Shown piece after piece: positions 18,454 through 31,085 of a DNA stretch of 64,000 nucleotides. The translations under genes were made by a program, and so were the position numbers. This DNA is from an uncultured Gemmatimonadota bacterium. GTDB lineage: Bacteria > Blakebacterota > Blakebacteria > Blakebacterales > Blakebacteraceae. The stretch spans positions 85,789 through 149,788 of the forward strand of contig CAZNUA010000002.1 in assembly GCA_964576115.1 (NCBI GenBank), given 5' to 3'. How positions within the stretch are numbered: position 1 is the first letter of the stretch; every line of letters begins with the position of its first letter. Under the pieces are notes generated by a model. That model searched no databases. It saw only the letters and a program-made list of their open reading frames with translations, and was not told where the DNA came from.

Positions 18454-19575
18454 ATGAAGGTCAGACTTTCCCGGGACGATGTCACTGAAGCCCTGTCGAA
18501 CATACAGCAGATCGTACCTCCCAAAACAACTCTTCCCATCCTTTCCAATCTGCTCGTCAAGGCTGGTGACGGCCGACTTTATATTTCGGCCACCGATCTC
18601 GATATCTCGATGAAAACATCCCTCGAAGCCGATGTCCTGGAAGACGGTTTGACAACCATTCCGGCCAGAAAATTTTCCGAGATCGTGAAAGAGTTTCCCC
18701 AGGATGTTTTCCAGCTCGATGAGGCGGATAACAGAATCTCTCTGACCTGCGGGACAGGTCAGTACAAACTGACCGGCATGGACGCCGAGGAATTTCCCAA
18801 ACTTCAGGACACGGTCGAAGGCAACAATGCGACGATCGACGGGGCGGTTCTCAAGAGGATGGTTGCGACAACCTCGTTCGCTGTTTCCAGTGACGAGACC
18901 AGACCGGCCCTGGGGGGTGTTTTGTGGCAGGTCGATGGGGGCGATACACGTATGGTCTCGACCGACGGTCACAGGCTGGCGATCATGTCTCTGACAGGTG
19001 TAATCGGGGGCGGTGAGGGTGAGGTACGGGAGATCATTATTCCCCCGAAGGCTCTGCATCAGATCACCCGTCTGATCTCGGACGGTTTCACGCTGGAAGG
19101 CCTGACGATCGGCGAGAAATACCTTCAGGCAGACCTGCAGGGGACGGTCATTCTCACCAGGCTGATAGACGGTCCCTACCCGAATTACGAACTCGTCATG
19201 CCGAAGGATAACGACAAGCGCCTCCAGGTCGACCGGGACACACTCGAGGCCGCTGTCAGACGAGTAGCAATCCTGAGTAATACCCAGACCCATCAAGTCA
19301 GGTTCGATCTGAGCCAGAACAGCGCCATGCTGAGTGCGGTCAGTCCAGACCTCGGGGCCGAAGCCCGCGAGCAGGTCGAGGTGATGTACGAGGGTGAAGA
19401 GATGTCGGTGGCGTACAACGCCGCCTATCTCCTTGAAATATTCAGGCACCTGCCGAAAGGCGACCTGGAAATGACGCTCAAGACACCGGTCAGTGCCGGC
19501 CTGGTGCGACCAGTCGAGCAGAACGAAGGCGAAGACCTCACCTTCCTGCTTATGCCCCTGCGTCTGAATGAGTGA
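18454..19575 (+). CDS. dnaN: DNA polymerase III beta sliding clamp
   Basis: PILSN, ATDLD, STDGHRL, GPYPNY and LLMPLRL. Confidence 0.97.
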   Translation: MKVRLSRDDVTEALSNIQQIVPPKTTLPILSNLLVKAGDGRLYISATDLDISMKTSLEADVLEDGLTTIPARKFSEIVKEFPQDVFQLDEADNRISLTCGTGQYKLTGMDAEEFPKLQDTVEGNNATIDGAVLKRMVATTSFAVSSDETRPALGGVLWQVDGGDTRMVSTDGHRLAIMSLTGVIGGGEGEVREIIIPPKALHQITRLISDGFTLEGLTIGEKYLQADLQGTVILTRLIDGPYPNYELVMPKDNDKRLQVDRDTLEAAVRRVAILSNTQTHQVRFDLSQNSAMLSAVSPDLGAEAREQVEVMYEGEEMSVAYNAAYLLEIFRHLPKGDLEMTLKTPVSAGLVRPVEQNEGEDLTFLLMPLRLNE

Positions 19576-20727
19576 GGAAGGGGAGACCCGGCAACCGGAA
19601 TCCGTCGTTCTCCGGCATCTCTCGTTTCGATCGTTCCGGAACTACGAGTCGCTCGATCTGGACCTGGACGGTGGTCTGACCCTGGTCGTGGGACCGAACG
19701 GCCAGGGAAAAACGAACCTGATAGAAGGGATCTACTTTCTCTGTCTGGGGCGGTCGTTCCGGGAGCGTCGCGAGAAAAGGATCATCCGGCTCGGTGATGA
19801 GAGGGCCGTGCTCTCCGGCGAATTCGAGGCCAGAGATGACCGGCTGCGCGTTGTCTTCAGGCTGGGGCGGGACGGTTCGAAAGCGGCCAGCCTGGACGGC
19901 ACCGGTCTCGATCGTCTCAGAGATCTCGTTGGTCGGTTTCCCGTCATCGGACTGACTCCCGATGACAGCAACATCGTCGTCGGAGATCCGTCCTCGCGCC
20001 GCCGCTTCATGGATCTGATCCTGGCTCAGACCGGGCGGCCGTACCTGGAAGCGCTACGCGAATATCGGGCCGCTCTGGCACGGCGCAACCGGTGTCTGCG
20101 CGAAGGCCGGCGCTCCCTGGCAGCCGCCTACGACGAAGGCCTGACGATTCAGGCGACGGAGATCAGGAAGAAGCGGGCCGGACTGGTTGGATTCATGCTC
20201 AACCGCGCCCGGGATTACTACCGAGACGTCAGCCGGCAGGGGGAGGCGTTTGACATCGAATACCGCCCCAGCCCCGCCGGTGATCCGGGTGACGAGGCGC
20301 TTGTTGCCGAGACCCTGGACCGCACGCTTGCAGCCGACGAAGAGCGTGGCTATACGGGTGTCGGACCGCACCGGGACGAGCTGGTTCTGCGGGTGCAGGA
20401 CCGGGAGCTGCGCACCTTCGGTTCGCACGGCCAGATCCGGACGGCTCTGGCGGCGCTCAAGCTGTCCGAAGTGGAGTATTTTACGGCCGTGTACGGACGA
20501 AGCCCCCTGCTGGTGATGGATGAGGTGGCTTCTGTTCTCGACGCCGAACGGGCCCTGAATCTGGTCGAGATCGTCACCGACACGACGAACCAGGTTCTCA
20601 TCACCTCCCCCGGCCGGGACATTCCCGAGACACTGGCCGGTCGGGCCGCACGGATCGTCACCGTGAGCAGGGGGGTCGTGGAGCCGGTCCCGGAAAGGAA
20701 CTGCGAACGATCGCGCGGGAGTGAGAG

Positions 20728-20731
<4 letters not shown>
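19568..20731 (+). CDS. recF: DNA replication/repair protein RecF
   Basis: FRNY, GPNGQGKTN, RRRFMD, GPHRDEL, GSHGQ and MDEVASVLD. Confidence 0.95.
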
Positions 20732-22961
<2,230 letters not shown>

Positions 22962-22965
22962 ACCG

Positions 22966-25674
22966 ATGGCAGAACTGCACCGACAGCGAATCGTCCCCGT
23001 GGATATCGAAGAGGAGATGCGCTCCTCGTATATCGACTACTCGATGTCCGTCATCGTGGCCCGGGCCCTGCCCGATGTGCGCGACGGCCTCAAACCGGTC
23101 CACCGGCGCATCCTGTACGGTATGCGCGAACTCGGCCTGCAACCGAACCGGGCCTACCGCAAGAGCGCCCGCCTGGTCGGTGACGTGCTGGGTAAGTACC
23201 ACCCCCACGGCGACTCGGCGGTCTACGATTCGATGGTCCGCATGGCCCAGGATTTCTCGTTGCGTTATCCCCTGGTCGACGGGCAGGGCAACTTCGGATC
23301 GATCGACGGCGACTCGGCCGCGGCGATGCGCTATACCGAGTGCCGCATGGCCCGGATCGCAGCCGAGATGCTGCACGATCTCGACAAGGACACGGTCGAC
23401 TGGAATCCCAACTTCGACGACACCCTCACCGAACCGGAGGTTCTGCCGACCACGATACCCAATCTGCTTCTCAACGGGGCTTCGGGAATCGCAGTCGGCA
23501 TGGCCACCAATATCCCGCCGCACAATCTGGGTGAGGTGGTCGGTGGCCTGATTCATCTCATCGACCATCCCGAGGCCCTGGTCGAGGATCTGATGGAGTT
23601 CATCACCGGTCCGGATTTCCCGACCGGCGGAATCATTTACGGCCGCGACGGCATCCGCGAGGCCTACCGCACCGGGCGGGGCAAGATCATCGTCCGGGCC
23701 CGGATCCATACCGAACCCGTCCGTGACCGGGAGCGGCTCGTCGTCACCGAGATTCCCTACCAGGTCAACAAGTCCCGGCTGCTGGAGAAGATCGCCGAAC
23801 TGGTACGGGACAAAAAAATCGAAGGGATCTCGGATCTGCGCGACGAGTCGGACCGGGAGGGAATGCGCATCGTCATCGAGCTCAAGCGCGACGCGTACAC
23901 CGAGGTCATCATCAACACTCTCTACAAACTCACCTACCTGCAGAGCACGTTCGGGGTGATCAATCTGGCCCTGGTCAACGGTCAGCCGCGGGAACTGAAT
24001 CTGAAAGAGACCCTGAAGGCCTTCCTCGATTTTCGACACGAGGTGGTCGAGCGGCGAACCCGGTTCGACCTGGCCCAGGCCGAGGCCAGAGCCCACATCC
24101 TCGAAGGATTGCGGATCTGTGTCGACAACATCGATGAGATCGTGGCCATCATCAAGAAGGCGAAGGATCCCGAAACGGCGAAAAAGCAGCTGCGCAAGAC
24201 CTTCGATCTTACCGAGGTACAGGCCCAGGCGATTCTCGACATGCGCCTGGCCCGGCTGACCGGTCTGGAGCGGAAAAAGATCGAAGATGAATACCGCGAG
24301 CTGATCGAGAAAATCGCGCACTACAAGGAGGTCCTGGCCAACAAGGGCCTGCGGATGGCGATCGTGCGGGACGAACTCTCCGAGCTCGTCGGAACCTACG
24401 GCGATGAGCGACGAACCGAGATCATCGACAGTGCCGGAGATTTTTCGATCGAGGACCTCATCGCCGAAGAGGATATGGTCATCACCATCTCGCACCAGGG
24501 ATATATCAAGCGGATACCGGTCTCGACCTACCGCCGGCAGGGCCGGGGAGGTAAGGGGATCCGCGGGGTGGGGACCAAAGAGGAGGACTTCATCGAGCGC
24601 CTCTTCATCGCCTCGACCCACTCCTACATCCTCTTTTTCACCGACCGGGGCAAGTGCTACTGGCTCAAGGTCTACGACATTCCCCAGGGCGGACGACTGG
24701 CCAAGGGACGGCCCATCATCAACCTCATCCAGATCGAGAAAGAGGAAACAGTCCGGGCGGTGGTGCCGGTCAGAACCTTCGAGGAGGATCAGTTCGTCGT
24801 CTTCGCCACCCGCCAGGGACTGGTGAAGAAAACGCCGCTGCCCGACTACGGGCATCCTCGCCGTGACGGGATCATCGCCATCGATGTCGTCGAGGGCGAT
24901 TCCCTGGTCGATGCCGATCTGACTGACGGGACCTGCGACATTCTCATCGGCACCCGCAAGGGCAAGGCGATCAGATTCTCCGAGGACGACGTCCGGCCGA
25001 TGGGTCGAAACACACGCGGAGTGAAAGGGATCACCCTGGCCAAGGAGGGAGACGCGGTAGTGGGGATGGTCGTGGTGCGGCGCGAGGGGTGCATCCTGAC
25101 CGTTTCGGAACTCGGCTACGGCAAGCGCTCGCAGATCAGTGATTACCCTGTCCAGAAGCGGGGCGGGCAGGGTGTGCTCACCATGAAGGAATGCGAGCGG
25201 AACGGCGATGTCCTTTCCCTGCGCGAAGTCGTCGATGAAGACGAACTCATGATCATCACCCGCCGGGGGCAGATTATCCGCCAGGCCGCCTCGGGAGTCA
25301 GCGTCATGGGCCGCAACACCCAGGGGGTACGGGTGATGAACATGAGCGAGGGGGATCTGGTCGTGGATGTCACCCGGGTGGCCGAAGAGGATATCAACGG
25401 CACCGCCCTGTCGGACCCGCCGGCTTCGGAGAGCGGCGCGGAGTCGGGAGGTAAACCGGAGACTCCCGAGACGGCAGAATCGGGGGATAACGAGAAGGCG
25501 CCGGAAAAGCCGGTCGCGAAGAAAACAGTAACGAAAAAGAGTGCCGCAAAGAAGACGGGGGCGAAAAAAACGGCCGCGAAGAAGGCCGCGTCAAAAAAGA
25601 CGGCGTCGAAAAAGACATCCGGCAGGAAAACGACGTCGAAAAAGAGCTCCGCGAAGAAACAAACCCGGGAATGA
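22966..25674 (+). CDS. gyrA: DNA gyrase subunit A with acidic then Lys-rich C-terminal tail
   Basis: [22 protein letters not shown], GyrA-box QGRGGKG and pinwheel blades. Confidence 0.98.
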   Translation: MAELHRQRIVPVDIEEEMRSSYIDYSMSVIVARALPDVRDGLKPVHRRILYGMRELGLQPNRAYRKSARLVGDVLGKYHPHGDSAVYDSMVRMAQDFSLRYPLVDGQGNFGSIDGDSAAAMRYTECRMARIAAEMLHDLDKDTVDWNPNFDDTLTEPEVLPTTIPNLLLNGASGIAVGMATNIPPHNLGEVVGGLIHLIDHPEALVEDLMEFITGPDFPTGGIIYGRDGIREAYRTGRGKIIVRARIHTEPVRDRERLVVTEIPYQVNKSRLLEKIAELVRDKKIEGISDLRDESDREGMRIVIELKRDAYTEVIINTLYKLTYLQSTFGVINLALVNGQPRELNLKETLKAFLDFRHEVVERRTRFDLAQAEARAHILEGLRICVDNIDEIVAIIKKAKDPETAKKQLRKTFDLTEVQAQAILDMRLARLTGLERKKIEDEYRELIEKIAHYKEVLANKGLRMAIVRDELSELVGTYGDERRTEIIDSAGDFSIEDLIAEEDMVITISHQGYIKRIPVSTYRRQGRGGKGIRGVGTKEEDFIERLFIASTHSYILFFTDRGKCYWLKVYDIPQGGRLAKGRPIINLIQIEKEETVRAVVPVRTFEEDQFVVFATRQGLVKKTPLPDYGHPRRDGIIAIDVVEGDSLVDADLTDGTCDILIGTRKGKAIRFSEDDVRPMGRNTRGVKGITLAKEGDAVVGMVVVRREGCILTVSELGYGKRSQISDYPVQKRGGQGVLTMKECERNGDVLSLREVVDEDELMIITRRGQIIRQAASGVSVMGRNTQGVRVMNMSEGDLVVDVTRVAEEDINGTALSDPPASESGAESGGKPETPETAESGDNEKAPEKPVAKKTVTKKSAAKKTGAKKTAAKKAASKKTASKKTSGRKTTSKKSSAKKQTRE
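25513..25662 (+). repeat. ten degenerate 15-bp units encoding xxKK(T/S) pentapeptides in the GyrA tail
   Basis: [50 protein letters not shown]. Confidence 0.9.
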
Positions 25675-25811
25675 ACCGGGGCGGAACGCACGAACCGCTC
25701 CGGCCGTGATACCCACAGAAGATGTTGACAGACCGGGGGAAAAAGTCCCCGATTGCGCCCCAGGCCCCGTATTCAGGACATTCCCGGACATTTCTCACCC
25801 CGTAGTGCTGG

Positions 25812-25820
25812 TGTGGATAA
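25812..25820. promoter_or_regulatory. perfect DnaA box downstream of gyrA
   Basis: TGTGGATAA, with degenerate boxes nearby (ATACCCACA 25709, TGTTGACAG 25723). Confidence 0.55.
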
Positions 25821-25951
25821 ACGTCCCGACTCCGCAGTGTCAATCGTCCGGCAGACGTGTCCTGTTGACACGGCGGAAAGAGTATGTATGTTGCAGACTG
25901 ACACGACAAGCATGTCCCGTGTCCTTTTTGAACACCACTCAAGGGTGTGTG

Positions 25952-25964
25952 TAAGGGATTGACA
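25952..25964. promoter_or_regulatory. candidate IHF site
   Basis: TAAGGGATTGACA versus YAANNNNYTGATW (1 mismatch), between the putative UAS and the sigma54 site. Confidence 0.55.
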
Positions 25965-26002
25965 GATAATGAGTTGCCTGTATTCGCTGCTGTCTGATAC
26001 GT

Positions 26003-26019
26003 TTGGCACGACATGTGCT
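26003..26019 (+). promoter_or_regulatory. sigma54 (-24/-12) promoter
   Basis: TTGGCACGACATGTGCT; GG at 26005-6 and GC at 26017-8 give the exact spacing; one mismatch to TGGCACG-N4-TTGCW. Confidence 0.75.
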
Positions 26020-26099
26020 CCATTTCTTGGTGTGCCCAGTCGAGGGCCCTCCTGTCGGGGGGTACTCGCAGAAACTACGGGCGGTAAAGGAGCACAACC

Positions 26100-27815
26100 A
26101 TGAAAAGAGCAGCGATCTTGAGTGCGGTCCTGATCCTGGCCCTGCCCGGTCAGACGGCAGGAGCGGCGCCGGCTTTGACCGAAGGTGATTCCGGGGAAGC
26201 TGTCCATCGCCAGGAACCGCGCAAGGTCCGGGGCGACTACCGCATTTCCAGCGAAGATATCCTGCGCAGCGACCTGGTGGTTGAAGAGGGACATCTGACG
26301 GTCGACGGCGAGATCCGCGGCTGGGTGGTGGTCAAGGGAGGCGATGCCATCATCCGGGGAACGGTAGAAGGCGATGTGGTGGTCATCTACGGCAACGTCA
26401 GGGTGTTCGGGGACGGGCTGATCCAGGGCGATGCGGTCAGTATCGAGGGTGATGTCGAAATCCGGGATGCGGGGGTAGTGACCGGCAGCAACATCAGTAC
26501 CAGCCTCTCTGGTCTGCGCCGGCAGGGCAGTGATGTGAGCTGGGCCCGCATTGTCAGGCGGGCCGGCTTCGAGGACCTCACCCGGGAACCGTCCGAATAC
26601 GTACGGCGCGGCTGGGAGCGGGATTGGGAAACCGATCGTCGTGACTGGTACCGGTCCCGCCGCTGGAGTTCCTATGATTTTCTGGAAGACGGGAATTTCC
26701 CGCTCGGCTATTTCACGTACAACCGGGTCGACGGGCTGACCTTCCAGGGCCAGATTTTCAACAGCATGAGGGATTGGGGACCGGCGGCGACCAGCTTCTA
26801 CGGGGGCGTGGGCTATGCTTTCTCGAGCCGAAGGGTCTACTACCGGCTGGGGCTGAATCGCTACTGGCTGCCGGGCTCGCCGCTCGAGATCGGCGGTCTG
26901 GCCTACCGTCAGCTCGAAACAGAGGACGACTGGTACCTGTTTACGAACGAGAACGACCTCTACGCTCTATTCGCCCGGTACGACTTCCGGGATTACTACC
27001 TGGTGGACGGGTGGCAGGTGTACGCACGCTTCCGTCCCATGCGGGAACTGCGGGTGGGGGCCAGGTATGCCCAGGAAAGTGAGGAAACGGTCGAGAAGGT
27101 GACCGATTGGGGGATCTTCAACCGGGACCGGCTCTTCCGCGAGAACGAGTGGGTGACGGCCTGGGATCCCGACCCGTCGCTGAGAGGGTACGATCCGGCC
27201 GACACCGGTGACCTGCACCGCATCGCGTACTTCCTGCGTTACGATCTGGGCCGGCGGCTCTTTCGAACCCGAGGCTTCGGTTTGAGCCTGGACGCCGAAC
27301 TCGAGAAGGTCGAACACCAGGGTCTCGGAAGCGGCGGCGTCTTCTCCTATGACCGTCTCACGGCCATGCTCAGGGGACATCTCAGTCTGAGCCGGATGGA
27401 CCACCTCAGTTTCCGGGTCCGGGCTGCTTCGGCCAAGGTCGAGGATGGTTTCACCATCCCGGTCCAGCACCGGTACTACCTGGGAGGAATCGGTTCGCTG
27501 CGGGGTTACGGCCTGAAGGAATTCACCGGCGATCGGCTCTTCCTGGGCACGGTCGAGTACACCCTGGGCGGGGATTACTGGTCCCCCTTCTTCGATGACT
27601 GGGCCCTCTTCTTCTTCTTCGACTACGGGCTGGCCTGGAACGCGGCGGCCGGGACCGGGCTCTGGACCGATCTCTACCCCGAGGAAGGCATGCGTAGCGC
27701 TGGAGCCGGTATCGCCCCCTTCGGGAGCGAGTTCATGAAGGTCGAGTTCGCCAAGCCGCTCGACGGTGAGACGAAGGACGTCCACTATTACATTCGCCTG
27801 ATGGTCGAGTTTTAG
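26100..27815 (+). CDS. outer membrane protein: bactofilin-like beta-helix repeats fused to an Omp85-like barrel
   Basis: Signal peptide; GxVxGDVVV repeats; YNRVDG; LGGIGSLRGY; C-terminal Phe; SD AAGGAG. Confidence 0.75.
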   Translation: MKRAAILSAVLILALPGQTAGAAPALTEGDSGEAVHRQEPRKVRGDYRISSEDILRSDLVVEEGHLTVDGEIRGWVVVKGGDAIIRGTVEGDVVVIYGNVRVFGDGLIQGDAVSIEGDVEIRDAGVVTGSNISTSLSGLRRQGSDVSWARIVRRAGFEDLTREPSEYVRRGWERDWETDRRDWYRSRRWSSYDFLEDGNFPLGYFTYNRVDGLTFQGQIFNSMRDWGPAATSFYGGVGYAFSSRRVYYRLGLNRYWLPGSPLEIGGLAYRQLETEDDWYLFTNENDLYALFARYDFRDYYLVDGWQVYARFRPMRELRVGARYAQESEETVEKVTDWGIFNRDRLFRENEWVTAWDPDPSLRGYDPADTGDLHRIAYFLRYDLGRRLFRTRGFGLSLDAELEKVEHQGLGSGGVFSYDRLTAMLRGHLSLSRMDHLSFRVRAASAKVEDGFTIPVQHRYYLGGIGSLRGYGLKEFTGDRLFLGTVEYTLGGDYWSPFFDDWALFFFFDYGLAWNAAAGTGLWTDLYPEEGMRSAGAGIAPFGSEFMKVEFAKPLDGETKDVHYYIRLMVEF

Positions 27816-27827
27816 GAGGGTCGCGAG

Positions 27828-28694
27828 ATGACCGATACTCAGCGACAGACCCTGAAAGTCATGGCGGTGACCCTCCTGCTGCTCCTGGTGGCCAGCTCCC
27901 TGCTCTTTGCCGCCCAGCAGGAGCAGGAGCTGACCAAAACTTTCATCCCCGACGCCTCGCGGCCCATGACGGCCCGGATCAGAGGTGATGCCGCCGAGAT
28001 TACCATCAAGGGCCTTCCTCACGGCCGGGAGGGCCGGGCCCGCTACCGCTACGACGGCGAGAAATTCTCGGGCCTGCTGGAATGGGATGCCGAGCGGAAC
28101 CTCTTCGAAGCCGAGGTCGATATGGGAGGCCTGGATTGGGATAGCGATGACGATCATCACCAGTCCGAACTCGAGATCCTGCTCCCACCCCGGGCCCCGG
28201 TCGATCTCGACCTCGATCTCAAGTTCGGGGTTGTTGAACTGGACGGGGAGGAACTCGATCTGAGCGGGTGCGCGATCGATCTCTGGGCGGGGGAGCTCAA
28301 TGCCGATTTCCCGGTCCCGCTCACAAACGTCATGCAGCGCATGACGATCGATGTCAAAATGGGTGAGCTGAACGTGAGGGGACTCGGCAACGTGCCCTTC
28401 GATGTGCTCGACATGAACGGCTTCGCCGGCACCACGCTACTCGACTTTTCCGGATCGGTGGCGATGCGGCGCGAAGTGCGGGTGGACCTGGAGATGGGCG
28501 AGATCGAGATCATCGTACCGGCGGGAATGAAGGTCGAAGCCCGGATTGCCAAGTTCATCGCCGAACTGGATCTGCCTTCGGGCTGGCGGCGGGACGGCCG
28601 GTATGCCTCGACGCCCGACACAAGACGGGGGGACGGGGAACTGTACCTGGATATCCGCGGCGGATTGGGTACGATCACAATAAGAGAACGATAG
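27828..28694 (+). CDS. exported beta-solenoid protein (LiaF-C/toast-rack/DUF4097-like)
   Basis: Signal peptide; repeated xDxxxGExxx units; terminal LDIRGGLGTITIR. Confidence 0.65.
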   Translation: MTDTQRQTLKVMAVTLLLLLVASSLLFAAQQEQELTKTFIPDASRPMTARIRGDAAEITIKGLPHGREGRARYRYDGEKFSGLLEWDAERNLFEAEVDMGGLDWDSDDDHHQSELEILLPPRAPVDLDLDLKFGVVELDGEELDLSGCAIDLWAGELNADFPVPLTNVMQRMTIDVKMGELNVRGLGNVPFDVLDMNGFAGTTLLDFSGSVAMRREVRVDLEMGEIEIIVPAGMKVEARIAKFIAELDLPSGWRRDGRYASTPDTRRGDGELYLDIRGGLGTITIRER

Positions 28695-28715
28695 GTAGAG
28701 AATCATTCGACGCAC

Positions 28716-29411
28716 GTGGGGAGTCGAGTGGGACGCACGCTGGCACTGATATTTCTGGGGCTTCTGGTTCATCCCGGCAGCCTCAAGGCTCAGGGGGAGC
28801 CGGGCGAACCGGCCACGCCTTCTCTGACCTTCGGCGAGATATGGATCGAAGAAGAGGGCCTGCATTTCGCGGTCACGGCCGAGGGTTTCTTCAATGAGGA
28901 GGTCAGGCGGACGATCGAGCAGGGGGGCACGACCGCCCTCGACTTTTCTGTCGAGCTCTACCGCAAGCGTCGCAACTGGTTCGACGCCCGCGTGCGCACC
29001 CTCGACGTTCTTCCCTTCCGGATCTCTTACGACAGCTTTGCCCGACAGTACCTCGTTCTGAGTACCGACATCCGTCTGCGCACCGACGAATACGACCAGG
29101 CCGTGGACCAGTGTACCCGGCTGGCCGATGTCTTTGTCGGGACGCTCAGCGACCTCAGACTCGATCCCGAAGACACCTACTATCTGATTGCCCGGGTACG
29201 CTTTCAGCCGATGGCGGTCGAGACGGTCGACGAAATACGGAACTGGGTCGGCGGTTCGCAGGATCGCAGCCGCCGGCGTGAAACGGGGCAGGAGGGGGGC
29301 GGTGTCGGTTCGCGCCTGGCTCGGGTCCTGGTGAGTGCGGCCGGTTTCGGCGAGACCGAGCTCGAGGCAGAGAGTCCGCATTTCCGCCCCGCCGATCTGC
29401 CGGAGCGTTGA
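28716..29411 (+). CDS. DUF4390-like periplasmic protein
   Basis: Signal peptide; LYRKRRNWFD and ISYDSFARQYLV; directly upstream of an NtrY-type kinase. Confidence 0.75.
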   Translation: MGSRVGRTLALIFLGLLVHPGSLKAQGEPGEPATPSLTFGEIWIEEEGLHFAVTAEGFFNEEVRRTIEQGGTTALDFSVELYRKRRNWFDARVRTLDVLPFRISYDSFARQYLVLSTDIRLRTDEYDQAVDQCTRLADVFVGTLSDLRLDPEDTYYLIARVRFQPMAVETVDEIRNWVGGSQDRSRRRETGQEGGGVGSRLARVLVSAAGFGETELEAESPHFRPADLPER

Positions 29412-29414
29412 GCG

Positions 29415-31085
29415 ATGTCGGGCACCCCCCTGCCGCCGGTCTATACCTTCATCACCTGGACGGCGGTCCTGGCTGTCATTATCACCGCCGTCGTCATCTA
29501 CCGCTGGCGCCGGCCCGACCGCTACAGCCGGTTCCAGCTCAAACTCACCCTGGCCCTGATCCTCTTTGTACTGGTGCCGGCCGTACCCCTGGTGTATGTC
29601 GCCGGAACGGCCGTGGACTGGCTTCGCGGCCTGGTTGTCACCCTGCCCGTCGATGACGCTCTGGAGCAGGGGCTCGGGGTGGTCCGAGACAACCTGAGCA
29701 GTGAAGAAGCGCGGCTTGAGGCCTGGAAAGAGGAACTGCTCGGCGAGGGCGCCGGACCGGCCGCGGGACGGCCCGTACCGCCGCCGGACTTCACGCTGCA
29801 CTGGGTCCGAACCCGGGAGGGGACCTGGGAACTCACCGAACCGGTCTTCCACCGGGCCCGCCGACCCGGAGTACCCGATTCCCTGCTCGATCCCCCACCC
29901 GATCCCCGCCGCGAGTACCCGCAGATCCTGGCTGATGTCGAGTTCACCCTCGAAGAAAGGATTCTCTTCACCTACCGCTCAACCGGGGTCTACATGCTCC
30001 TCTTCCAGCCCCCCGGCACCGAAGACATTCACGCCGCCGGGACCTGGATCAGTCCCGAGATGGTGGAAGCCCGCTACGCCCTGGAGGAGGGACTCGACCG
30101 GTTCAGGGATGTCACCCGGCTGGGAGGGCAGGGAATGCGGGAATTCGTCTGGACCCTGGCCAGCCTCTGGATGGTGCTGCTCGCTCTGGGATCGTTCTTC
30201 GCCGCCCGGCAGCTGGCCCGGGGGGTAAGCGGTCCGGTACTCGAGCTGGCCGAGGGCATGGAAGCCGTGGCGGCCGGAGATCTGACAACCCGGGTCGACA
30301 CCAACAGCCGTGACGAGATGCAGATCCTGGTGAAAAGCTTCAACACCATGACCGACCAGCTCCGCGAAGCCCGGGAGCGGATCATCACAGCCGAGAAACA
30401 GGCGGCCTGGCGCGATGTTGCCCGCCGGATCGCGCACGAGATCAAGAACCCGCTCACACCCATCCAGATCGGTCTGCACCGGGTCAGGAGCCGGATCGAG
30501 GCCGACGAACGCTTTGCCTCCGATGACGCCATTCGCGAGTCTTTTCAGACCATGGCCGAAGAGGTCGAAGCCCTGCGGCGGATGGCGGCGGCTTTCAGCG
30601 AATTTGCCCAGCTTCCGCAGCCGACAATGGCTCCGGGTGACATGGAGGGAGTGGTTCGCGGTGCGGCGGCGCTCTTCTCCGAGGGGCCGACGCGGGTTCG
30701 CCTGGAGACGATTGTGCGGGGACAGATTCCGCCGGTGGAAATGGATGCCGACCTGGTCAAGAGAGCCCTGATCAACCTGATCAAGAACGCGGTCGAAAGT
30801 GTCGAGGAAGCGGGAGGTGGCGGGGTCGATGTCACGCTGGGCATGGAGGGAGCCGAACTCGTGCTCACGGTCCGTGACAGCGGTGTCGGCTTCGAGCCCG
30901 AGGAAGCCGACCGGCTCTTCGATCCGGATTATTCCACCAAGGCCAGGGGTATGGGTCTGGGACTCTCGATGGTCGCCCGGATCGTCGTCGATCACTCCTG
31001 GCGGATCGAAGCGGTCAGCGAGGGAAACGGTCGTGGGGCCGAAATCCGAATCACGATACCGTGTGAGGAGAGGGACGGAGGATGA
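29415..31085 (+). CDS. NtrY-like sensor histidine kinase (TM, HAMP, HisKA, HATPase)
   Basis: AAWRDVARRIAHEIKNPLTPI, NLIKNA, DSGVG and GMGLGL. Confidence 0.93.
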   Translation: MSGTPLPPVYTFITWTAVLAVIITAVVIYRWRRPDRYSRFQLKLTLALILFVLVPAVPLVYVAGTAVDWLRGLVVTLPVDDALEQGLGVVRDNLSSEEARLEAWKEELLGEGAGPAAGRPVPPPDFTLHWVRTREGTWELTEPVFHRARRPGVPDSLLDPPPDPRREYPQILADVEFTLEERILFTYRSTGVYMLLFQPPGTEDIHAAGTWISPEMVEARYALEEGLDRFRDVTRLGGQGMREFVWTLASLWMVLLALGSFFAARQLARGVSGPVLELAEGMEAVAAGDLTTRVDTNSRDEMQILVKSFNTMTDQLREARERIITAEKQAAWRDVARRIAHEIKNPLTPIQIGLHRVRSRIEADERFASDDAIRESFQTMAEEVEALRRMAAAFSEFAQLPQPTMAPGDMEGVVRGAAALFSEGPTRVRLETIVRGQIPPVEMDADLVKRALINLIKNAVESVEEAGGGGVDVTLGMEGAELVLTVRDSGVGFEPEEADRLFDPDYSTKARGMGLGLSMVARIVVDHSWRIEAVSEGNGRGAEIRITIPCEERDGG

